64,000 nucleotides of DNA. Source: Candidatus Moanibacter sp. (GTDB taxonomy: Bacteria > Verrucomicrobiota > Verrucomicrobiia > Opitutales > UBA2987). This document shows, one piece after another, positions 1 to 7,799 of this stretch (position 1 is the first letter of the stretch; every line of letters begins with the position of its first letter). Made by a program: the position numbers and the translations under genes. The stretch spans positions 985,227 to 1,049,226 of the forward strand of contig CBDDCD010000003.1 in NCBI GenBank assembly GCA_965226025.1, written 5' to 3'. Under the pieces are notes generated by a model. That model made no database searches. It saw nothing but the letters and a program-made list of their open reading frames with translations, and was not told where the DNA came from.

Positions 1-397
1 CGAATCGGTGGCTCATGGTCACCCCCATCTTGACGCCGCTCTTTCTCACCTTCTTGGCGATGCGTACCGATCCGGACATCGTATCCGCGATCGGCTTTTC
101 CGAGAGTATGTGCATCCCATGAGCGAGACTCACATCCACCACATTCTCATGGAATTCCGGGGGAACGACTACTGTGCAGAAATCAGCCGTGTTCTCATCG
201 AAGGCGCGGTCGATATCGGTGTAGCATCTGTCCTCGCTCAGTCCGAGATCCTCTCGAGCGTTAGAGAGGACTTCAGGGTTCAAATCCACTGCCGCGACGA
301 CTTCGATGAGTCCGTCTTCTATATTGGGCGGCAGGATCCGGCTGGTCCAGGCTTTACCCCGACCGCCGGTGCCTACTTGGATTACTTTGTATGGCAT
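1..397 (-). CDS. Gfo/Idh/MocA-family NAD(P)-dependent oxidoreductase, N-terminal part (gene runs off the left edge)
   Basis: Not in the ORF track because there is no stop in the window. Reverse complement from ATG at 397..395 reads MPYKVIQVGTGGRGKAWTSRILPP...VAAVDLNPEVL...VVVPPEFHENVVDVSLAHGMHILSEKPIADT. This shows a Rossmann GxGxxG and the family EKP motif. The + strand ORF 8..478 is its antisense shadow. Confidence 0.8.
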   Translation of the reverse strand, partial: MPYKVIQVGTGGRGKAWTSRILPPNIEDGLIEVVAAVDLNPEVLSNAREDLGLSEDRCYTDIDRAFDENTADFCTVVVPPEFHENVVDVSLAHGMHILSEKPIADTMSGSVRIAKKVRKSGVKMGVTMSHRF

Positions 398-465
398 AGG
401 TATCTGTCGGAATATCACATTCCACTGCTGCGCAAGAACCAGAACCCTTCCGACAGCCTCCTCGC
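397..465 (+). repeat. Dispersed inverted-repeat element, short form, copy 1
   Basis: TAGGTATCTGTCGGAATATCACATTCCACTGCTGCGCAAGAACCAGAACCCTTCCGACAGCCTCCTCGC. Termini TCTGTCGGA / TCCGACAG are reverse complements, and the core ..CTGCTGCGCAAG.. is shared with other copies. The left end touches the oxidoreductase start codon (395..397). Confidence 0.85.
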
Positions 466-548
466 AATAAGAAAATGAAAATGGTTTCTTTGGGAGTTGG
501 TCTCCACACTTCGTCGAATACACTTGGTCCTTACCGAACATAGTATTC

Positions 549-605
549 TACTAAGTGTGGGTGACTAAGCGTGGGGGACTAAGAGTAGCGACTAAGTGTG
601 CTGGG
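549..605. repeat. Four degenerate ~14-bp direct repeats, (G/T)ACTAAGnGTG...
   Basis: tactaagtgtgggt / gactaagcgtgggg / gactaagagtagc / gactaagtgtgctggg read directly. Lies between the end of the Sel1-TonB gene and the oxidoreductase start. Confidence 0.6.
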
Positions 606-639
606 TCCGAAGTAAACTACCCGAATCTGAATCTCACCA

Positions 640-1563
640 TCAGTTCAGTTTGAACGAAATCGGCTGAACTCGACGCACTTTGACGGGTTTTCCGTCTTTA
701 ATTCCTGGCTCGAATTTCCATTCCAGAACCGCCCTGATGGCCGGTTTAGTGAAATCTCGATGGGTTGCTTTTGGGGCCCTAGCATCGATTACGATACTTT
801 TCTCGTCTATTATAATGACCAGGCGGACCCATCCTTCGATGCTTTCACGTTTGAACTGATATGGGTATACAGGACGAGCGGCGTATATCCGTTTAGGGGC
901 TTTAAAGTTGCCGTCCATAGAATTCTTAGAGGGAAGCTCATGAGCCGTTGCGGTTTCGCCATCGCTTTCGGGTTTCGATCTTTCGAAGCATCCTTTTCGC
1001 ATCTCAGTCCAGCCTTCATGTTCATTTTCACGATACAATAATTCGAGGTCTTGCATGGATATTCCGATTCCCTGAGCTACAGCCTTGGAATACCATCGTC
1101 GTGCTTCCTCTAGGTTTTGGAATTCCGGTTGGCCGCATTCATAAAGTAGCGCGAGTCTGTTCTGCGCATCCTGGTTTCCAGATTCAGCCTCTGGCCGAGT
1201 ATACAATTCGGCCGCGAATTGATCCTCGATTAATTCGCCACCCCACCTAGGGTAGTACCTTCTACGAGAGTCATGACGACTAGGGTTTTCCTGTTCGGAC
1301 GCTTTCCCCAACAAAGAATCTGCATCGGTGTCGTCTTGGCCAACTCCCTTGCCAGATGAGTACCGTTCCCCAAGAGGGAATTGAGCATCGGCGTCTCCCT
1401 TCTCAGCGAGGTCGCGAATTTCCGGCAGCAGCTGAAAGGCTTCGATTGCCTTTCTTTCGGAGACACAGCCGATCGAGATGGCGAGGCAAATTGAAATGCT
1501 AAGAACCGAGAACCACGGTCCCAGATGTTGAATCGAGCAAATCCTCTTTTCAAATTGGGTCAA
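640..1563 (-). CDS. Sel1-repeat protein fused to a TonB C-terminal domain (signal/lipoprotein-like N-terminus)
   Basis: 307-aa ORF. N-terminal hydrophobic segment ...LAISIGC. Sel1-like repeats (AEKGDADAQFPLGERYSSGKGVGQD, GNQDAQNRLALLYECGQ...EEARRWYSKAVAQG). The last ~86 aa (RIYAARPVYPYQFKRESIEGWVRLVIIIDEK...KVRRVQPISFKLN) are about 2/3 identical by eye to the C-terminus of the TonB gene at 26958..27620. Confidence 0.75.
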   Translation of the reverse strand: MTQFEKRICSIQHLGPWFSVLSISICLAISIGCVSERKAIEAFQLLPEIRDLAEKGDADAQFPLGERYSSGKGVGQDDTDADSLLGKASEQENPSRHDSRRRYYPRWGGELIEDQFAAELYTRPEAESGNQDAQNRLALLYECGQPEFQNLEEARRWYSKAVAQGIGISMQDLELLYRENEHEGWTEMRKGCFERSKPESDGETATAHELPSKNSMDGNFKAPKRIYAARPVYPYQFKRESIEGWVRLVIIIDEKSIVIDARAPKATHRDFTKPAIRAVLEWKFEPGIKDGKPVKVRRVQPISFKLN

Positions 1564-1576
1564 GGCAGTGATACTA

Positions 1577-3415
1577 CTGGTAAACTAGAGGCTGTCCCAA
1601 ATCCGAGAGGATTTGGGTGGAAGCCTGATACCGATATCAATCTTCGTCACGTTATGTAGACCACGACATGCCTTCCGTCCTCGGTAGCTTACCTTTTATC
1701 CGTTATGCACCTTTCCAGCACCCTTCCTCTCGCTTTGAGTCGATAGTTCTCCCAAGGAAGCGCCTCTGACTCGATTCTTGGATCCCTATGCCGCCTGCGT
1801 TGCCTCTTTCTCATGTTCTTGCGCAAGTCTCTGCGCGATTTTCCATAGATTGTGGGACAGAACCGACCAGGCCACGCTAAGGTTACGGTTGTCAAAGCCT
1901 TTGCTGCGTATCTTGCCCCCGTGCCATCGGTTCTTGAGCACTCCGATCCGGCCTTCGGTGCTCCCTCGTCGTCGCTGCAACCGGACAAAGCGCGGCTCCT
2001 CCATCCGCTCCTTGAGCTCTTGTGGATTGCGGGGCGTAAGGGCGTCAAAAATCCCCTCTGCCTGGAGCCGCTTGCTGGCCGCCTTCGAGGCATAGCCCCG
2101 ATCCCCACTGATCGCTTCGATCTTCTCCTCTAAAGCGAAGCCCTTTTGCCTCTCCAGACTTTCCCAAAGCTGCTTCAATTCGCTCGGGGCCTGCCCCCCA
2201 TACAGTTTCCAGTCCAACAGATATCCCTCTGCGCTCTCGCATAAATAAAGGGTGTTGCCAAACTCCACCTCCCGATCTGCCTTGCCTCGCACGATGACGT
2301 CAATCTCAGGTTCGTAGGCGCTCAGGATCTTCTCCTCATTCTTCACCTGCCGCCCCCCTATGATCCGTTCGTGCGCCTGTTTCATGACCTGCGGTATCTG
2401 CTCTAACATACCATCCATTCGCTCGATGATTCGGCTCGCCTTCTTCTCGGTGTAATCGCTTTGCATCCACATAGCTTCCAATAAGTCACGGTGGCGAAGG
2501 GCATGGCCCTCAATCTTCTTGAGCAATAGCTTCATCCGCCGCAGGATCCCTTTACGCGCTTTGCCCGCCTCCCGGCGCCGACGCGCATGCGTCATCTCCA
2601 GGCACCGTTTGTTCATCTCCCGAGCCAATCCCTTTGCTCCCTGGGGCATGCGCTGTTTCATTCCCGCCTGCCGGATCAGACTGATCGCCTTGAGCAGCGT
2701 TGCTCCCACATCCTTGAGCAAGACCCAGTCCACGGGCCAGTGGATGTTCGCTTCCAGGCAAGTGGCGTCGATCAGGCATTCCCTCGTATCGATCGGCTTC
2801 TCTAATCCTGCCTCACCACAATGTTCAGCATTGCCCACCACCTCGGTCATCCTTGCATGCAGCTGTCTCAGATACGCTTCGTCGAAGAATTTCGAATCCC
2901 GTTCCAGACTGCTCTTCGATATTTTCCGGATCCCGTCTACCTCACGCACCCGGCAAAAATTAGCCAGAAGCTCACTGCGTGCCAACTCCTGCGACAGACA
3001 ACGAAAGGATATCCCTCCGAGTAAATGACGCACCACCTCCACCCGCAGCGCTTTTATCGCTCTTAGAGCGCGTCGCTCCCGATCCTTCCCTCCCGCTTCA
3101 TCCCATCCTTCCAAGGCTTTTACGATCGCCTCCCTTTCCAGCGAGGAGTCGATCAAAACCCGGTCAATCCGCTCCATTGTTTCCAGAAACACGGTGTAGT
3201 CTTTGCATCGAATGACTGGAGTTAGGGCTGGACGCAGGAAGCTTTGTACGGCAATATTTTTCATGAGAAGGGCGTGCTTTGTATTTGACTAACGCAAGCA
3301 TAAGCGCCCTTTTTCGCCGGATCGAGCTTTTTGCAGCTCTATCCGGCCTTTTTTTTGCCCATAACTCATTAAAAATCAATTGTTTCCACCACTGGGACGG
3401 GCTCTAAACTACCAG
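1577..3415 (-). mobile_element. IS5/IS1182-superfamily insertion sequence (~1.84 kb) with imperfect 23-bp terminal inverted repeats
   Basis: Left end CTGGTAAACTAGAGGCTGTCCCA (1577..1599). Reverse complement of right end (3393..3415) is CTGGTAGTTTAGAGCCCGTCCCA, 18/23 identical. Encloses a single DDE transposase ORF. No clear target-site duplication seen. Confidence 0.65.
1786..3264 (-). CDS. DDE transposase, IS4/IS5/IS1182-like
   Basis: 492-aa ORF with candidate catalytic triad contexts LIDATCLEANIHWPVD (D), AISGDRGYASK (D), RRRGSTEGRIGVLKNRW (E). Basic helical mid-region typical of these transposases. Confidence 0.85.
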   Translation of the reverse strand: MKNIAVQSFLRPALTPVIRCKDYTVFLETMERIDRVLIDSSLEREAIVKALEGWDEAGGKDRERRALRAIKALRVEVVRHLLGGISFRCLSQELARSELLANFCRVREVDGIRKISKSSLERDSKFFDEAYLRQLHARMTEVVGNAEHCGEAGLEKPIDTRECLIDATCLEANIHWPVDWVLLKDVGATLLKAISLIRQAGMKQRMPQGAKGLAREMNKRCLEMTHARRRREAGKARKGILRRMKLLLKKIEGHALRHRDLLEAMWMQSDYTEKKASRIIERMDGMLEQIPQVMKQAHERIIGGRQVKNEEKILSAYEPEIDVIVRGKADREVEFGNTLYLCESAEGYLLDWKLYGGQAPSELKQLWESLERQKGFALEEKIEAISGDRGYASKAASKRLQAEGIFDALTPRNPQELKERMEEPRFVRLQRRRGSTEGRIGVLKNRWHGGKIRSKGFDNRNLSVAWSVLSHNLWKIAQRLAQEHEKEATQAA

Positions 3416-3571
3416 CCTGTCGATTTCAAAAACCGGCAGGAGGTGGTCCGTGTCCTTTCCTCTTCGCCAACGCTACGCCGAGATGTACCGGGCGCGGAAC
3501 AGGCTTGATTCAATCTCAGAGGCTTCTGCCGTGTCCGGAGGCCCCGGCCCACCTTCATCGCTCATTCCAGG

Positions 3572-4549
3572 TTAGCGCCGGCCGCAAGCTATGTGGGCAA
3601 TCGGTTCGGGTGCCATCCAGGCGACAGTCCAATTAGCACCTCCATCCTCGCACAGGTAGAGATTGGTATCCACCGCCGCCCAAGCGCGACCCACCTGATC
3701 AAAGGCGATCTGGAAGGTGTCGATATTTCCCTCTGCAGAATTGGGAAAGCCATTGGTGACATGCGTCCAGGAACGGCCGCCGTCGGTTGACCGGCGGAGA
3801 GTGCCGCCGGAGTCGTCGCCCGGACCCCGGCTGACGGTAGCGAGTAGGCATTCCGGGTCTTCCGGATGAACAGCAATGGCACGGCCGTAGCGTTCCGGCA
3901 GACCGGCGGACCGATGGTTCCAAGTACGGCCTCGATCCCCACTCGTGTATACGGCGTTTGCGGTGTTGGCGAATACGAGATCATCGTCCGCCGGGCAGGT
4001 TGCGACCTGGTGGACATCCTCATGGAGGTCGGGTGTGACCATTTCCCAACCGATGCCTCCGTCCTCCGATCGAGCGATACTGCCGACGTGGATATCCGCA
4101 TAGACCATCCCATCGGAAGTTCGGGCGAAACTTCGGACTGACGCCGGGCCTCCCCACGGTGTGTACCATTCGGACCTCGCCTCGAGATTGGCAAAGGACT
4201 CGATTCGGGTAAGTCCGCTGACGCTGTACTCGAAGATATGGGGCCCCTCGGTTCCGATCAGAAAAGAGAGATCTGGACCATCTGATAGCATGAGGCACTC
4301 GATCGAGCCACTCTCCGTTTTCGCGATTGTTTTTCCGGTTTCGAGATCGATGATTTCTTCCTCGGTAGTAGCAACCGCGGTAGACTCGCCCTCCGCGATC
4401 GCGGTCGTGGCAACATCTTTCAGCATGAGGTCGGGCGAGTTCACCTCATCGTCCCATCGATAGACAGAGCTGGTTGTAGAAATGAGCATTGTTGCTTGAG
4501 TGACTGCCAGGTTCGAATTTAGGGACCATTGATTATCCCGTAAAGACAA
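3572..4549 (-). CDS. BNR/Asp-box repeat beta-propeller protein (sialidase/Ycf48-like fold family)
   Basis: 325-aa ORF with four SxDxGxxW Asp-boxes: SEDGGIGW, SGDRGRTW, STDGGRSW, CEDGGANW. Start uncertain (alternative Met 21 at 4489). Confidence 0.7.
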   Translation of the reverse strand: MSLRDNQWSLNSNLAVTQATMLISTTSSVYRWDDEVNSPDLMLKDVATTAIAEGESTAVATTEEEIIDLETGKTIAKTESGSIECLMLSDGPDLSFLIGTEGPHIFEYSVSGLTRIESFANLEARSEWYTPWGGPASVRSFARTSDGMVYADIHVGSIARSEDGGIGWEMVTPDLHEDVHQVATCPADDDLVFANTANAVYTSGDRGRTWNHRSAGLPERYGRAIAVHPEDPECLLATVSRGPGDDSGGTLRRSTDGGRSWTHVTNGFPNSAEGNIDTFQIAFDQVGRAWAAVDTNLYLCEDGGANWTVAWMAPEPIAHIACGRR

Positions 4550-4552
4550 ACT

Positions 4553-5212
4553 ATGAGTTTTGAAGGTGAAGGACCGATGGGGGAGAGTGCCTCGGAGGTC
4601 GAAGCTTCCCCTTGGAGGAATACGGCGATCTTCGTGATCGCGATTGTAGCGGCGCTGTTCTTCGCGGCAAAGTATACGGGTTGGCGGACCTTTTCACCGG
4701 ATGAAGGTGGCTTCGGTGTCCAGTTTCCAGAGAGTCCGTTGGAAGAAGATGGAAGCACGCGTATTTCGGCGAGGGTCAAGATAGGTGAGAATTACGAGAG
4801 GAGGAGATTCGGCGATGATGGGAAAGTGCCTTTTGTCGGATACAAGGCGGAACCGGCACGGGAGTCTTTCTTTGTGGGCAACAACCTCCTGCCTGACGAT
4901 CTGTTGGCCACGATGAAGGACGATGCGATTCTCGAGGAGGTTCTTGAAGGCAGCCACCTGGTGGGACAGATTGGCGTTAGGCATAAGCCAAAGGAGATTG
5001 AATCCCAATTCCCGCCAGCAGAAGTGAAATTCGGAGCCAGGGCCATGGGAGCAGATTACTTCGTAACTAAACGCGCCTATCTTTGTCGGGAACTGAAACG
5101 AGCCTATGTCGTCGAAAACGCCGTACACACTTCGGAATATAAGAAGAAGAAATACGTGAAGCGCCGGGATCGATTCTTCGATTCGTTCGAGATAAGACCG
5201 ACAGAGGACTAG
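4553..5212 (+). CDS. Hypothetical membrane-anchored protein
   Basis: 219-aa ORF with one N-terminal TM segment (AIFVIAIVAALFFAA). No recognisable motif. Start uncertain because it lies 3 nt from the divergent upstream ORF. Confidence 0.4.
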   Translation: MSFEGEGPMGESASEVEASPWRNTAIFVIAIVAALFFAAKYTGWRTFSPDEGGFGVQFPESPLEEDGSTRISARVKIGENYERRRFGDDGKVPFVGYKAEPARESFFVGNNLLPDDLLATMKDDAILEEVLEGSHLVGQIGVRHKPKEIESQFPPAEVKFGARAMGADYFVTKRAYLCRELKRAYVVENAVHTSEYKKKKYVKRRDRFFDSFEIRPTED

Positions 5213-5408
5213 CCTGAAGATCTTGCAACTTTCTCCGGGAAAACTCTTTCAGGCTCAGTCTTGGTTTCTAACCCGAGGGGAGCTTCGCGTCGACGCAGTT
5301 CCCCAGTATAATGAGGATGCCGGTGGGTGTGGAGCCTTCGGGTTAAAGCTGTGAACCTCATTTCCTAGCATCCTCCAGCGGACGAAAGAGCTGAGTAGCC
5401 AGTCCCAA

Positions 5409-5456
5409 CTACTGCAACTAAAAGTGATCCGATCGGATCACTTTTAGTTGCAGTAG
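5409..5456. repeat. Perfect 48-bp palindrome
   Basis: CTACTGCAACTAAAAGTGATCCGA|TCGGATCACTTTTAGTTGCAGTAG. The two 24-nt arms are exact reverse complements with no spacer. Lies ~100 bp upstream of the sugar-binding protein gene. Confidence 0.9.
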
Positions 5457-5557
5457 CTTTGGCTCAATGAACGTATACTCGGGGACCTGGGGCTCTGGTT
5501 GTGTAGAATTCCGAATTCGCGTTGCAAAAATCAGCCATCTGATCAGGGTGCGCATAG

Positions 5558-6559
5558 GTGAAAGCTTGTATGATTCCCTCTCTCCTGATCATCGGGATTG
5601 TGACGCTGATTTTCTCCCCTTGTGGCACTGCCGAGAATCTGGTTTTCGCACTGGTTCCGAAGGCAATGAACAACCCGTTCTTCGATTTGGCGAGGGATGG
5701 GTGCAAAAAGGCGGAGGCGGAAATCTCTGGGGTTGAATGCCTCTACATCGGCCCCGGTGAGCATACCGAGCAGGAGCAGATCCAGATCGTTCTGGACCTG
5801 ATCAGTCGGCGAGTAGGAGGTATCGCGGTCGCCCCATCCAATGCGCCGGCAATGGGAAAAGCGCTCAAGCGCGCCAAGAGGGCCGGGATTCCGGTCATCA
5901 CTTGGGATTCGGATCTTTTGGAGCGCGATAGGGGACTGCGTTCGACCTACGTCGGGACCAATAACTACGACATAGGAAAGAACCTGGCCAAAATCACTAT
6001 GGCACTCAGACCGTCGGGAGGCATAATCTGCATCCAGTCAGGGGGAGCAGCCGCGGCCAATCACAACGAACGGATGCAGGGGATCCGTGATACCCTGGGA
6101 GGCATGGAGAGCGACCATCCGCCCGGCGAGCGATTGACGGGACAGAATGGCTGGACGGAAGTGGCCGGCTGCCCACTCTACACGAATGACGACTTTCCTC
6201 TCTCCGTGCAGCAGATGGCGGATATCCTCGTAAAATATCGGAATCTGAATGCCTTTGTGGCCACGGGTGGTTTTCCCCAGTTCGTTGACAACGCTTACCG
6301 GCGAATCGTTCTAAAACATGAGAATCGGGTTCGTTCAAATGAGACCCTTTTGGTCATTGCCGATACTCTGCCTTTTCAGATGGCTATCCTCGGCGACGGC
6401 CTGAGTCACGGGCAAGTCGGACAGCGGCCTTTCGAGATGGGCTATCGGTCAATGTTCGTCCTCAAGGATCTGGTCGACGGAAAAGAGGTTCCTGACCCGA
6501 TTTTCACGGGACTGGATGTGTGCACCGAGGCGAATTATGTGACATGCTTGGGGGAGTGA
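5558..6559 (+). CDS. Periplasmic sugar-binding protein (ABC-type, RbsB/LacI-fold family), no adjacent permease/ATPase
   Basis: 333-aa ORF. Signal peptide, then LVFALVPKAMNNPFFDLARDGCKKAE...GGIAVAPSNA...AGIPVITWDSD...YVGTNNYDIG, typical of Peripla_BP_4-type sugar binders. Confidence 0.8.
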   Translation: MKACMIPSLLIIGIVTLIFSPCGTAENLVFALVPKAMNNPFFDLARDGCKKAEAEISGVECLYIGPGEHTEQEQIQIVLDLISRRVGGIAVAPSNAPAMGKALKRAKRAGIPVITWDSDLLERDRGLRSTYVGTNNYDIGKNLAKITMALRPSGGIICIQSGGAAAANHNERMQGIRDTLGGMESDHPPGERLTGQNGWTEVAGCPLYTNDDFPLSVQQMADILVKYRNLNAFVATGGFPQFVDNAYRRIVLKHENRVRSNETLLVIADTLPFQMAILGDGLSHGQVGQRPFEMGYRSMFVLKDLVDGKEVPDPIFTGLDVCTEANYVTCLGE

Positions 6560-6674
6560 TCTGAGGGACCCGGAGATGGGGAGACGGGGGGAGCGAGTTT
6601 CGAGTTTCGAGTTCGAGTTGCGCGAATAGGCTTTTCTACGAGCGTGACGCATCGACCCAGCGTCTGAACCAACA

Positions 6675-6758
6675 CCTTGAACCTTGAACCTTGAACCTTG
6701 AACCTTGAACCTTGAACCTTGAACCTTGAACCTTGAACCTTGAACCTTGAACCCTGAA
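6675..6758. repeat. Heptanucleotide microsatellite (CCTTGAA)x11 perfect plus one degenerate unit
   Basis: Read directly. 6675..6751 is 11 exact CCTTGAA units, followed by CCCTGAA. A second short repeat GAGTTTC GAGTTTC GAGTTC GAGTT lies at about 6594..6620. Both sit between two convergent gene ends. Confidence 0.95.
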
Positions 6759-6787
6759 CCCCGTGAGCTGGACAAGCACGCGAGCGA

Positions 6788-7669
6788 CTACCTCCCGACC
6801 AGATGCTTCAGCCAAATAGGCGGTCGGACCAGAGGCAGATCATGTTCCTCGCACCAGGGCCTCAGCGGAGACTCGCCACCGCTGGTTTGATATTCGTCCG
6901 TCTCTACCATCGGTTCACCGAGCAGGTACCGCTCGATCGGAGTGGCCTTATCGAGGAGCTCGTCCGGTTGCCTCTTGTAGTCGATGGGGGCCGTCCACCG
7001 ATAGCCGTAGCCGATCATCACCACCTTCCGCGTCCGATCCGAGAGATTGGCCCCTCCCGCATGCCAAGTTCGATTTTCGAAGAGCAGGCAGTCGCCTGGC
7101 TCGAGTTTAGGCTCGAGCGCACCTGCCGGGTCGCCCTCATCGGGAACCTCCAACACCTCGCGCAGCAGATTGCTTCCCGGAGCGACCAGGGTTTGACCTG
7201 AGTTTGATTCGGTCAGGTCCGTTAGGCAGTAAGCGCATTTAATCATGGCCCGGGGAACGGCGGCCTGACCTAGGTCGGCGGTCAAACGACCGTAGTCCCG
7301 ATGCCATGTTGGGTGCCTTCTGGCAGGGGGAGTGCCGGGAGGGTCCGGGTGTTTGAAGATGAGATGCGAAGTCAAGAGATGGAGGTAGGCGCCAAGAAAT
7401 TGCACGACCATGGGGAAGACGATTTCATTCAGTAATAGGGAGAGGAAGGTCTCATCCAGTGCCAGGCAGTTCCGAAACCCGTCGTAGTTGCCGCGGTCCC
7501 GAATCTGACGGCATGATTGCAGGTCGCTGTCAACGAGCCGATCCGCGGCCTCGGTGAGTCGATCGACCGCCTCACGATCGAGGGCGTGGCGGACAATGGC
7601 GTAGCCCTCTTCGTCAAATTTGCGGATCGTCTTCTTGGGGATTGTCTGCCAGGTCGTATTCGAGTTCAT
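6788..7669 (-). CDS. Phytanoyl-CoA dioxygenase (PhyH) family Fe(II)/2-oxoglutarate oxygenase
   Basis: 293-aa ORF. EEGYAIVRHAL, TWHRDYG (HxD), LFENRTWHAGGAN (distal His), typical PhyH family layout. Confidence 0.8.
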   Translation of the reverse strand: MNSNTTWQTIPKKTIRKFDEEGYAIVRHALDREAVDRLTEAADRLVDSDLQSCRQIRDRGNYDGFRNCLALDETFLSLLLNEIVFPMVVQFLGAYLHLLTSHLIFKHPDPPGTPPARRHPTWHRDYGRLTADLGQAAVPRAMIKCAYCLTDLTESNSGQTLVAPGSNLLREVLEVPDEGDPAGALEPKLEPGDCLLFENRTWHAGGANLSDRTRKVVMIGYGYRWTAPIDYKRQPDELLDKATPIERYLLGEPMVETDEYQTSGGESPLRPWCEEHDLPLVRPPIWLKHLVGR

Positions 7670-7799
7670 TGGAAGTGAATTTCTAATGATGATTCTTCAG
7701 AGCGAAGCGAAGAGGACAAAGTTCGGGATGAGGTTCGAGATAAGGTTGCCAGGGAAGTAGGAGTAACGTTCAGAGTTCGTTCAAGATTACTTTCGCAAC

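Noticed and set aside
8-478. 156-aa + strand ORF at the left edge
   Set aside because: It is the antisense shadow of a clear Gfo/Idh/MocA oxidoreductase N-terminus on the minus strand (1..397). Its own translation has no recognisable features.
6449-6775. 108-aa minus-strand ORF encoding GSRFKVQ x4
   Set aside because: The repeat peptide is simply the translation of the CCTTGAA heptamer array (three units make 21 nt). There is no start context or flanking protein-like sequence.
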